Shown one piece after another: positions 26,553-37,958 of a stretch of DNA of 64,000 bases; the stretch's first letter is position 1, and every line of letters starts with the position of its first letter. The DNA is from Pocillopora damicornis. Taxonomy: Eukaryota. Where the stretch lies: contig NW_020844494.1 in NCBI RefSeq assembly GCF_003704095.1, positions 1-64,000 of the forward strand. The letters run 5' to 3'. A program made the position numbers and the translations under genes. Under the pieces are notes generated by a model. That model did not search any database. It was not told the origin of the DNA and saw nothing but the letters and a program-made list of their open reading frames with translations.

Positions 26553-28344
26553 TTCTTCTACTTTCATTGAACGAGCATACTTTGGTTAATGGACAGTCTT
26601 AAAATAATACAGTCGTCATAATAATTTATCAATTTAGAAACAAAAGATCAAGTCCTCAGAAATGGACACTGGGAATGATAAAAATTAAAAAGTTTCTTTT
26701 TTATACATTACTACAGAAAATCAGATGACAGAAAAGAAAACAGTGAAGACAGAAGTTGGAATTAGAACTGCTGAACTGGAGAATCGTTGTTCAGAAATCA
26801 AATGGCTGCTCTTAAAATAGCCAATAATGCCCTTCCCCCTCATTATCGCTGACTGTGTGTAAGTCATAACCAATCAAAGTTGATCTTTGACTCAAAAAAA
26901 AAATCCTGGCTTGACCTTGTAACAAGTCGTGTCATAGTCAAGTTCATAACTTATCCACACTAGGGGAGCAAATGTAGGACTCCTAATAAGATACTGAAAT
27001 CCCATGGGGATAGACAGGACCTTAATTTGTTGTTGTGATAGAGATAACTGGGATAGAGATGAACAGTTCTTTTAAACCATTAATCTACTTTAAAAGAATG
27101 GTCCAGGTTATTGGGTAGGCAAGCTATCTATGGGACTGGGGCAGTCAAGCAAGTGGTTGAACTATAAAGGTTCATTTTCCCAGCTGGCCCACAAACATGT
27201 TCTTAATTCTTGTAGCTCTCACTTGAGCACTTAAGGGGCAGGTTTGGTGATTAGTCCAAAATGCAAATCGTCTGATGTCTGTTACACTATCAGATCAAAA
27301 TTTCTTTCTTTATTTTCTAAGACACACATCATTAATAATATTTACTGAGTTGACGGAAAAAAAATGACTAGTATGATGCTCAGAGCTCAGTAAACCCCAA
27401 TAAATTGTGTTCCATTGGTTTTCCTTCCAAATGTCATTTATTTTCTAGTTCACCAGTTAACTGGTAATAGGAAACCTACCTAAATGTTAGAATTATTATA
27501 AGGATAATGTTCAAGATAGTATTATTAGTATACATTTATATAAAAAAATATTAATTATAAAAGAAGATAGTTACTTACATTTGTAAAAAAAATTTATAAA
27601 GAAATTTAATTGAGAAAAATATTCAGAAAGAGAATCTCTTATTGGAGAGATGTTAACCTCCAACACCATACCAATAAGTGCCAGCTCTTTGATAACCTGA
27701 GCTATAATTGAGCAGAAACATAAAATGACAATATTCCTCACTCTAAATTGTCACACTGTTTGGGTCATTTTAAATAATCACTCTAGACTATGACCCCTTT
27801 GAGTCCTAATAAAAAAAAAATCACTCTTAGCTGAAACCCTTTCACTCCAGAGATTGATATACTTACATACATATACTTACATACATATACTTTATTTTCG
27901 CTTAATATTCACAGAGTAGCTGTAGAGCTAATATCTTTGAGAAAATAAGCTAAAATAAAATAAAATATGCCATATTACAATTCCAATATTATTTATAAAC
28001 TATACACAACATTATGCATGCAGAGGGAAATATAACTAGTAGATATAGTTGTATATCTACTATATGTAGATATAGTTATTCTCTGCATTGTCTGCCATAC
28101 ATTTTGGCTCTGAGAATTTGTTGTTAAATCGAATATTGCTAACTGATATTTCTTCTCACTTCACTTTTCTCACAGAAAACGTACTGAAATTGAAAACAAA
28201 AATTTATTTTCCCATCAGTCCTTGGAAATATGCCTTATAGTGCACCTACCATAGCTACGAAATGTTCCACTTTTTCAAGATGCTTGAAGATAAATAAATA
28301 AATAGCACCTTACTTTGTAAGTGTCACTGTGAGAATGCACGCTT

Positions 28345-29316
28345 TCAAGTAGTTTTTTCTAGGCCAACCAAATCTGCGCTAACTTCCCAAAGCTTTTTAG
28401 CTGCTCTATCATCTTTTCCCTGATCAGCTGGTTCCTTAGGCTTGCAGTCACTGTAGTACAGTCCAGACTCAACGTCATCTGCTACAGCGCAATAAATTGT
28501 TGTTTGTGCTCCCTGAAGAGAAGTCTTGAAAAACAACCACGCAAGCGGAGCCAGAGTCAAAGACGCGATTTTGGACTTCGCAAAAGTTGTATGACGAGCT
28601 AATTCGGTTTTCACAACACCAGGGTGTACAGCAGTGACTAAAATATCGGTATCTTCCAGGCGTTTGCTCAATTCGCGAGTGAACAAGACATTAGCAAGTT
28701 TACTCTGTGAGTAGGCGGAACTTGGGCTGTACTCTTGTTCGCTTTGCAAATCATCAAAGTGAATCTTCCCTCTCACGTGCGCTAGAGAACTGACATTAAT
28801 GATGCGACTTGGTTGAGATCTTTCCAGCATGTCTAACAGAAGATTTGTCAGAAGGAAGTGGCCCAAGTGATTGACGCCGAGTTGCATCTCAAAGCCATCT
28901 TCTGTTTTCCAATATGGACAACGCATGATGCCTGCATTATTGATAAGGATGTCTAGTCGATCTTCAGTTTGGTGGAATTCCTCCGCGAATGTTCTCACTG
29001 ACTTGAGCGACGCAAGATCGAGCATTTTCACGAATACCTTGTCATTTCCTGTTGTTTTTCGTATTTCTTTAGCAGCAGTGTTTGCCTTCTCGAGGTCTCG
29101 GCAAGCTAGGATTACACGGGCGCCCCTTCGGGCGAGATCTAAGGCTGTTTCTCGCCCGATTCCTGTGTTTGCCCCTGTGACGATTACTGTCTTACCATTT
29201 AGTTTCTCTTTACAATTACAAACTCCTCCAGCGAAGTAATTTCTCAGCAGGAAAATGCCACCAGCACCAGCAGCTACAGTTGACAGAGGTCCTGCTAACT
29301 TCCAGATGCCCGCCAT
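28345..29316 (-). CDS. Retinol dehydrogenase 12/13-like short-chain dehydrogenase, intronless
   Basis: TGANTGIG, LINNAG, YSQSK catalytic YxxxK and VHPGVVKTEL. N-terminal LRNYFAGGVC resembles RDH13/RDH12. First ATG at 29316. Confidence 0.92.
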   Translation of the reverse strand: MAGIWKLAGPLSTVAAGAGGIFLLRNYFAGGVCNCKEKLNGKTVIVTGANTGIGRETALDLARRGARVILACRDLEKANTAAKEIRKTTGNDKVFVKMLDLASLKSVRTFAEEFHQTEDRLDILINNAGIMRCPYWKTEDGFEMQLGVNHLGHFLLTNLLLDMLERSQPSRIINVSSLAHVRGKIHFDDLQSEQEYSPSSAYSQSKLANVLFTRELSKRLEDTDILVTAVHPGVVKTELARHTTFAKSKIASLTLAPLAWLFFKTSLQGAQTTIYCAVADDVESGLYYSDCKPKEPADQGKDDRAAKKLWEVSADLVGLEKTT

Positions 29317-31177
29317 GTTAAGTTGACATTTCATTTTATCCTGACTGATATAAAGCGTCCTTGGAGTTTGACCGCTGCTAATAATGCCTGTAGACTCTAC
29401 CCCTTTCCNNNNNNNNNNNNNNNNNNNNNNNNNNNNNNNNNNNNNNNNNNNNNNNNNNNNNNNNNNNNNNNNNNNNNNNNNNNNNNNNNNNNNNNNNNNN
29501 NNNNNNNNGAAAGTCGTTTCTTGAAGCAGTCCTCATGTATGTGTGCTTTGTTATGAGTCTTTCAGAATTGTAAAGGATTTCAGGAATATTGTTTCGGTCT
29601 ATCTGAAAGTAACTTCCATTGGCAGACGTGCAGAGTTCGCCTGCTGGCCTTGGACCTACTTACATTAAATATTTGTTTGTGCTCTCACAGTCAAAGAGTT
29701 TTGATTATATTGGGAGCATCAAGCACGTTGCTATTCATTCTTGAGATCCACCTACTTACAACTGTAAGTCACTGAACTGTAGCAGAGAACAGCCGATTGA
29801 AGAAGAGGAACACTCTTCATCTACCTTTCATCTACACACGTCCCAACGAAATCTATAGAAATTTCTCGATGTCTATAATAATATTTGTGTCAGTAGGAAG
29901 GCTTGTGTGATTAGTTTTACTTTCTTATGAGCTGTTTTAAATACAGCGAACAAAAGTAATTATAGCAGTCTTTTAATTTATTTCTTTTTCTCGAGGCTAC
30001 AACCTACATTTTCTCTAAAAAAATGCGCTGTAAATAAAGTTGTTAAAATGAACTACATAATTATCCCTAAACAGCAAAAGATTGTGCTCTTGAGAGCACC
30101 ATTTGACCAAAGTAAAAGCAAATCAAATTATAAAAACGAGAAACGGTAAGAATTATGATCGACGATGATATTAACAAAATTAGCATAAGAACCATTTCAA
30201 AGTCAGTGTTTATCAACTTACTAACTTCCATAAAAACAGCTGCCACTTACTGTGTTGATAACAATTCGGCTTAGGAGAATAAGAGCATTTTCAATCGGAA
30301 ATCTTGATAAGAATTGCAGAAACTGACAATTTCGACGAATGACAAAAAAGCAAAAATTTAAGAAGTTGAAAAATTAGGATATAGAATGATGTAAATTTTA
30401 AAGGAAATGAAATAAAATATTAAAAAATTCCTATCCTTTGAGATTCAAATCTCAGCCAGATCAGAAATCGCTGTAAGAGCGGTAATTGATGATAAAAAAA
30501 CACTTAACATCATTTTCCAAAACTTTCCATTAACTGAAACACCATGGAAAACATATTAATTTTGGTTTGTGTCCTAGGGTTAATCATAACCTGTCAGAGC
30601 ATTTTAGATTTAAGTGTTTAGACTTAGACAAAACAATTTTGTCACGGTCTGTCAAATGATTGGTCAGATGATATTCAATCATCCGGGCTTGTTTTATTTC
30701 AGAGTCTTTTGACCAATCAGTGGTTATCTCTCAGACCTTTTACCTGAGCACTACCGGAATAAAGCAAGCAAATGCCTCTCGGAACTAATTTGCTTCAAGC
30801 TGAAACTATAAAGTTGATTTCTGGGGTTGTCTCGTTGTATAATGAGTGTTAAAACGTTAAAAGGATAAATAGAAATCAGTGAGTTTGAAAAATTGAGACT
30901 TCAAGAGGACAGTTTTGTTCTATCATCATTACTAAAGCGAAAATCTCGTCGCACCAGCAGTTGTAACGATAGCGACATTCCACATTCGCTGCGACTGGAA
31001 AGACTTACATTTTAAAATTATCCGTCCTAACGTAAAACAGCTGCATATTATCTCATTTAAAATCTGAGGTAAGGAGTATTTCTTCAACGATCGATTATCG
31101 TGTTTCGGTTATCGCAATTTTACAGTGCTTTTGATCCGCAGAATACATCAAAGTCAGTTGAACTTGCAGAGCACAAG

Positions 31178-32404
31178 ATGGTATTTGGTGGTCCATTGGA
31201 ATGCCGAAATTCGACGGCACCTCCAACGCTTTCTTTCTTCTCATCTGCTGTTTCTTCACTACTTATGCTGATAACAGTTCCAGGGAATCTTCTCATTTGT
31301 TTAGCAGTTGCTAAAGATCCTTACAAGACACTCAGATCACCCTTCAATCTATTTCTGTTGAACATTTCAGCAGCGGATCTTGTGGTGGGTTTACTCGTTC
31401 TGCCATTGTCCATAGCGTTTCACTTTCTGGAAGGAATAGGTATCATGTTCGCTCCACTGATCAAATCTTTGCATCTTTCCTTCTTCATTTCATGTTCAGC
31501 TTCTGTATTGGGCATCGCAGCTTTGAGTTTGGATCGTTATATTTGTGTTACATCTCCCATGAAATACCGCTTGAAGCTGAAATCTTTGCAAGTTAAGAGG
31601 GCATCGCTAATCATTTGGCTAATATCTGTGGTTTGTCCCATCACGTATCTGTATGTTGACTTTATAATATACACCTTTGTGTTCGCCAATGGAACTCTTC
31701 TTTTTACACTCCTGGTTTTAGCCTTTGTAAACCACAAGATTCACCGCAGTCTCCAAATTCAACGAAAACAGCTTCAAGCTCTCGCGGACGGCAAGGATTT
31801 TCAGACGACAGTAGCCAAGCGCGATGCAAGAGTTACAAAAACATTCCTATTCTTTCTTGCCTCATTCATAGTCTTAACCGTTCCTCCCTTGTCGTTCAGC
31901 TATGTGTTAAACTTCTGCTCAACGTGCAGCTGCAAAACAATCCATATTCTAAGAGATTTTCAGTTCCTCTCGATATTATTTCCCAGTTCAGTAAATCCTT
32001 TTATTTACGCTATAAGGCTGCCAAACTTCAGAAGAGCCATAGCAGTGATATGTTCCACAATCTCAAAATACCAATTTTTCTCAACGAACCCTGGACAACA
32101 AATGTGTGAATCTATCTCCAGTGAAGTGCTCGATAGACAGTTTAGAACGATTTCCAAATCCTCACTCGAACAGCCAGAACCAGTGGGCCTGTTCAAAGCT
32201 GATGCATCTGGAAGGGAAAAAGACGTAAAAATTGACGGAACAAAAAACGCTGAGCGATGGAGCAGCAGTGACACAGTTTTCTATGAGGATCATTTTAGCG
32301 AAAATAAGTTGCACTCGGAAAGAGATTTTTATGGGAGGAGTCAATCTCCACGCCAAGAAAGAATTAGTATCTCACAGTTCTACAAGGTTACAACAGTTGT
32401 ATGA
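31178..32404 (+). CDS. Rhodopsin-family (class A) GPCR, orphan, intronless CDS
   Basis: GN in TM1, ISAADL in TM2, LSLDRY, NPFIY and seven hydrophobic segments. First ATG at 31178. Confidence 0.92.
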   Translation: MVFGGPLECRNSTAPPTLSFFSSAVSSLLMLITVPGNLLICLAVAKDPYKTLRSPFNLFLLNISAADLVVGLLVLPLSIAFHFLEGIGIMFAPLIKSLHLSFFISCSASVLGIAALSLDRYICVTSPMKYRLKLKSLQVKRASLIIWLISVVCPITYLYVDFIIYTFVFANGTLLFTLLVLAFVNHKIHRSLQIQRKQLQALADGKDFQTTVAKRDARVTKTFLFFLASFIVLTVPPLSFSYVLNFCSTCSCKTIHILRDFQFLSILFPSSVNPFIYAIRLPNFRRAIAVICSTISKYQFFSTNPGQQMCESISSEVLDRQFRTISKSSLEQPEPVGLFKADASGREKDVKIDGTKNAERWSSSDTVFYEDHFSENKLHSERDFYGRSQSPRQERISISQFYKVTTVV

Positions 32405-33229
32405 GACCGCATACCTGATATAAAGCAAACTAGAAGATGATGATAATGCTAACGATGATCGAGATGGCAGAATTGATTAATGTCTGTAAACATACGGCAG
32501 ACAGATATTATCGTTAGGAACAAATTAAAACCAAGGAAATATATACATATATGACGTTTTGAGGAAAAATAAACTAATCCGTAAAAAGAGTAATATTTAA
32601 ATGGTTCTAAAATTGCGTAACTACGATAGATGCAGTAAAAAAACAACAACAACAAAATAAACTGTCTTATTACAAAGTCCCATGAATGGCAACCAGCTCA
32701 TTAGCTTGTTCCACGCGTTCAGTTTGTTGACGACGCGCAGGAGTAGCGGTGAAGTAAAAAAACGAGTGAGGCCTAGGTCGGGTCGACTCAGTCCAAACTT
32801 CCACCGTTTTTACACTCCACCACCACTACCGCGGAGTCGTCGACGAACCAGCAAACTTGTTGACCTGCACGTTGGCCGACAGTCGAGCAGAACTCGATTG
32901 ATTGTAGGGCGACGCGTTGAACAACATCGCGTTAAACAGCGTAAAAGGCTATTTTCATTGGGAACTACACATCTCTTGAAGAGTTGGCTACGAATGGCCA
33001 GATCGCACTTTCTTGGCTATGTTTGCGTGCAAACTTCTCCTTTATGGTGCATTTATTGAGGTAACTTGGCAAAAGCTTGCCGTAAGTGCAAATGATGAAT
33101 GCAGGTACAGCGCAAGTACAGTGTAGTTGGTCGAACTTGGACTGCAGCGGCGTGCGGGAAGGTAATGGCGACAGAGCGGAAACTAGGAACTAGCTTCAAC
33201 ATCGCTTGGCCAGGCCACCAAGCGGAAAT

Positions 33230-36200
33230 ATGGCGGCTTGCGTTAACTTGCTGCGGTGCTTAAAATGTCAGAGTAGTTTTAAGGTGAGTCCACAAAAATC
33301 TATTCATTTAATCAAAGAAATTAAACTGCATCATAAGAAATATTTCTATTCAGACTGCTAAACTTCAGGATACAATGCCACTTATTTGCATCTCATTATA
33401 TACACGCCGTGAACTTGTAATACTGTAGAATGCTGTATTGAAATTTGTTTTTTCTGCATGTTGTTGTCCATGTATTTGTTTATAAAAAGATTTGCTGTTT
33501 CTTTCTGTTTTCATTTATCATGTCCCCAGATGTCCTTTGCAGCAAAGTGTGCGCTCAGGAATTTTACAGGTCATCATTTCGGCTCTGTTTCCAGGTGAGT
33601 GTGAGAAAACTACGTGATGAATGAATAAGAAAAAAATTCACCTTCAGAAATTTCTATCCATAATTTAATCAAATGAATATAACTCCTCATTTACGCAATA
33701 TTTCCGTTTGTCATCTATACCATGGTAAGTTTTGGCTCTTCCTTGGGTGTTCCTCAAAGTAGTGCAAGTTTGCACATAAATTTTTTTCTCTGAGATGCTT
33801 ATCATGCTCTTCAGATTCTTTGTATTTCATAAATGAACTGGCATAGAAAGAGATAGTACTGCAAAAATGCAGGCCTGCTTATTGGTCATATTGCATGCAA
33901 CTACAGCATGGTCAGCATGCACTAGATCTTGTGAAGTTATACTCTGCAGGTTACATTCTTGGTGCAAAAAGCTTGTAAATTTTGCATATGACATAAAACA
34001 GAGAGGTAAAAAGGGCTGATGAAGATAATAGTGCTACAAAAAAGAAAAACTTCACAGATTTTTTTCAGGGAAACCTTAAGTCTTTGGCCAAAAGTGTAAT
34101 TACATGTGTATTTTTTTGTTTTTACAGATTAGTACTTTTCTCAACGAGGCCCCTGTCAGCCTATTGGCATAAATCAGGTGAGCAAGTGAGAATCATCTCT
34201 TTAAGCAAGAGACAAGATTGTTGTCTCAGTCAATAATAAATTAAAACACTTTTCCCTACACACATTTAGCATGCACCTTGTGATATCGATGTCTTAATCA
34301 TTTTGGCCAGGCAGCTGAGCATATGGACCCTCATGTATTTGTCAGCAATGCCACATACATGCATGCAAACTCCATGTTTACAAGACCTTTTAACACAAAT
34401 TACATTATTCAACTTGCTTTTTGTCGTGGACAGGAACATAAATGTAAAGTATCCCAGATAAAATGAATATGATCATTTTTCTTTACAAGAGTACAATGGG
34501 ACGCAGTTTTCCTTAATATTAAAATGTCATTTGTTAGATGTACCATTCAGGCCACTATTACACAGAAAACCAAAGAACAGGTGTGATTTTGCAAGCAAAG
34601 CTGATAGTGAGGTATTTTTGATTGTTGTTGTTTTATCCCGAAGCAGTACATGATCATCGGTCCAGTGCTCCAAAGAGGAAGCAAATCTAAGACTATTTGA
34701 TTATCTACATTTTATATTAAGTACTCTAAGAACTCAGAGGGATTATTTTGAGGAAAATGTAACAGTTTTGGTTTTTACTTAAAGATGTGTTCTGGTCATA
34801 ATCATGTACATTCCTTGTGAGGTTCTAGTTTCTGCAGTTGTGAATGAACAATTAAAGTTCCATGCCTGTTAAGCCTTTTCTCACACCTTATTTTCTCAGA
34901 AAAATCCCATGATAGATTAATTGTTTGGTGCCTAGATCGGCCTTCTTTTAAATACACAACTCTTTGTATTTTGTTATTTTTCTATATTGTTGGTGGTCAA
35001 GTAAAGTTGTTTCCTTGTGAAATTAGCTAGTGTATTTGTAACTGTTTGCAGATTGAGGAAAACCCGTTTGCCTATAACCATTTGCTGATCAAGCTGGAAG
35101 GGTTGGACGATGGTGTTCTGGACCATTACTGCCAGTTTGTAACCAGTGCTTCCAAAATGATGAAACTTGAAGTGAAAAAAAAGTAATATGTTTATTGGTT
35201 TTCATAATTTTAGCTTCAGCTTGCTTTCAAAATGTCAAATGATTATGATATTTAATGTATACCATTTTATTGTGGCTGATAACACTTTGAAGCCCTTTTA
35301 CTAGTTTTCTTTTTAGAGGTTCATACATTCCAGTGCCTCCTTCCTTGTGGTCCATTTATGAATGAATGTGTCTTTTCTTGTTTTAGATTCAACCTTGTAA
35401 CAGAGACCTTTCGTCAAACACTGGCCTACCCATTAGACAGCTACAAAAAAGATGGCATCACCTATGATTTTAAAAAGCATGGCCGCATGATTCAGGTTGG
35501 AGTTAAAACTGGCATGTAAATCTTTTTTTAGTCCCCAAAGATGAGACATATACATATATGGGTTCTTAACCAGTTTTGTGTGGTCAAGATGTCAGAATAC
35601 TTCACAAGTTTTTGCCAAAAAACAAACATTTTGTTTTGTAAATGTGACCAGATTAATTGCCCAACCTGGTTGACCAAACAAGGTCATAATTGATCAAGAA
35701 AGGATATGTTATATGGCTGAAAATTACACCAAAGAAATGCTGAACATATTTACCACACTCAAAACATGGCAGACGAAAACAAGGTTCCTCAAAACAGGCG
35801 ACTGTTAGGTTGTGCAACCCCATTGCTATAATATCATCTTGAAAACTTTTCTTTAGTAGGAAGAAAGGTTCTTCTTGATATAAAGCTGGCAAATTAGGCT
35901 CATCATGCTAGCTCAGATCAATTAGAATTTTTAGCATATTTCAAGACAATTTTCCAATGGTTAGGTTACTCTTTGGAATTCCAAACTGCATTAAGAAGTA
36001 AATTTTATCTTGAACTACATCTGGAGCAAACTTTTCCTTTTAACCTGGAACACCTGCGGAATTATCTCCACTAGTAATAGCTTAATAATTTAAGGTGACC
36101 CTAGAAGGAAAGTAAAATGCATGTAAAGGAATTCTTCTCCTACATGTATAATTCTTTGGATGTAATTTATCAAGATGCTCACTGTTATTCACAGGTTGCA

Positions 36201-36764
36201 GAGGTTCCATTTGACAAATTCGACTTCTTTGTTCAGTATCTACAAGACAATGTTCCTCCTGGTGTCACAGTCCACATGGAACTGGTGAGAAAATGAAGGG
36301 ATGCATGAAAAAGTCCCAAATTTATTCTGATAGACTGGTAGATTCCTTCATAAGTACCTTGTCTTCCCTTTTGAATGTTCAAAATGTTGATTTTTAAGAG
36401 AGGTTTCAACAAGTCATATTGTAAAAACTGGTAAAATTAACACTGACTTTGAGGTGTTCATGTTCTCAAAAAGATACAACTAAACATTTTTCCCTTTGAA
36501 GGGGAGGCAATCTCCCTCCATAAAATAATTTTGATGTAGGTGAAGGCGACAAATTTATCTTTATACCCAACTAAACATGCTCACTGATTATTCTTGGTAA
36601 TGTGTATTTCAGTAAAGTTTATCCATTTAAAACTTTCTCTTCAACTTCATCAACAGAAAAAGTGGCAAGACTTTGTTTCACCACCTGACCCCCTTCTTCT
36701 GGAGCTGGAAAGATTGGAGAGAGAAAAGATTGAAGCACGGAAGGGCAAAACCCCACCAAAATAA
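33230..36764 (+). CDS. uS10-fold mitoribosomal protein (mL48/MRPL48-like or an MRPS10 paralog); exons 33230-33283, 33530-33594, 34128-34177, 34538-34611, 35052-35182, 35387-35495, 36195-36284, 36657-36764; 226 aa
   Basis: Not in the ORF track; assembled by hand from GT-AG junctions into one stop-free frame. Contains YNHLLIKLEGLDDGVLDHYCQFV...KHGRMIQVAEV...FFVQYLQDNVPPGVTVHM...PDPLLLELERL, with a basic presequence-like N-terminus. Confidence 0.82.
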
Positions 36765-37931
36765 ATGAAACATTCGCAAATGAAGAGGCAGGTTGAAAAC
36801 AAAGTCCTAGTTGTAATGAAGTGACTTTGAAAGTCACTTCTTCTATTCAGTCTCTTCAAGATGGTCTCCAAGGAATTTTACACATATGGGCACCTTTTGT
36901 GGAAACAAATGATAGTATTCAAAAAAAGAGGAAAATAAAGTATCATTACAAGTGAATAAAATCTCAAAATGCACATGGAAAAGTGGGTATCGTTTTAAGT
37001 TTGGTATCCTCTACAATCTGGCCTGTACATGTGTAGCTTTTCCTCAGCTGTAAGTTTGAGTGGACAATCACCCCCAAGAGGGATCAGCATCTAATTTCCC
37101 CTGACAATATTACAGCTCAATAACACTTTGAGGTCAAGAGAATTAAAAAAATGATCACTAACCAGAGAAGCTCTTGATTGGTAAACTAATTCTCATTGTC
37201 AGCACCTTAGGAAATGTATGGAGAATATACATACTGACAGTAGGGTATAAAGGTTAAGAAGAGAACAAGAAGGACTGTTTTTCAACATTCTTGAGAAGCC
37301 CACTGATTTTCCTTCAGCTTATTTGTTTGTCTCCAGAGACTCAGTGCCTCCCATAAGCTACCTATCAAGCAAGCTGTAACTTCGCTATGTCACTTGATAA
37401 ATATGTCAATTGCTGATATTGCTTTTTGATAGACAACACAGAAGTTGAAGTTTTGACTTTATTAAGTGTCAGCAAAACTCAACAATATCACACACCACCC
37501 ATGCAAGTTGTATCTTTGGCAAAATGCCACCCAGCACTTGACTGAATTCAGCCCAAACTGGAAAACATTACACAAGTAAACATAAATGCTCAAACAAGAG
37601 AGGCAAGAAGCTTATAGAGAAGAGAAAATATTAGACAACGGAACTCACTGAAGATTATTGATGGGAACTAAAATAAAAATCATTCCTTTTCTTCTAACTG
37701 TTGGCAAGCTATGATAAACACCATTGAAAGTAAACATTTCTTCGGGTTGGAAAACTTACATTATTTAACAGACACTAACAATTGCATTAAGGTACAATTT
37801 AATTTTAATACCACAAAATTAGTTAGCCCAAATGAAAAACAATGCAAGTATTTTAGTTTTGGGGAAGAAGCAAGAAATCTTCAGGGAGGGTACTCATTTC
37901 AGTGATTACAGTACTTTAAGTTATATAGAAG

Positions 37932-37958
37932 TCATAACTGAGATGGTGCTGCTAGTCA
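37932..37958 (-). other. Stop-codon readthrough signal TGA-CTAG with extension X-LAAPSQL-stop
   Basis: Minus strand reads GAA TGA CTA GCA GCA CCA TCT CAG TTA TGA. Confidence 0.7.

Noticed and set aside
26550-26570. Readthrough PTS1 on PMVK
   Set aside because: The stop is TAA-TTC, a poor readthrough context, and the downstream frame ends YFH, which is not PTS1-like.
28871-29239. 122-aa plus-strand ORF
   Set aside because: Antisense shadow of the SDR coding sequence, with no independent evidence.
32682-33059. 125-aa Arg-rich ORF
   Set aside because: Lies in the CpG-rich promoter region of the mL48-like gene; base composition explains it.
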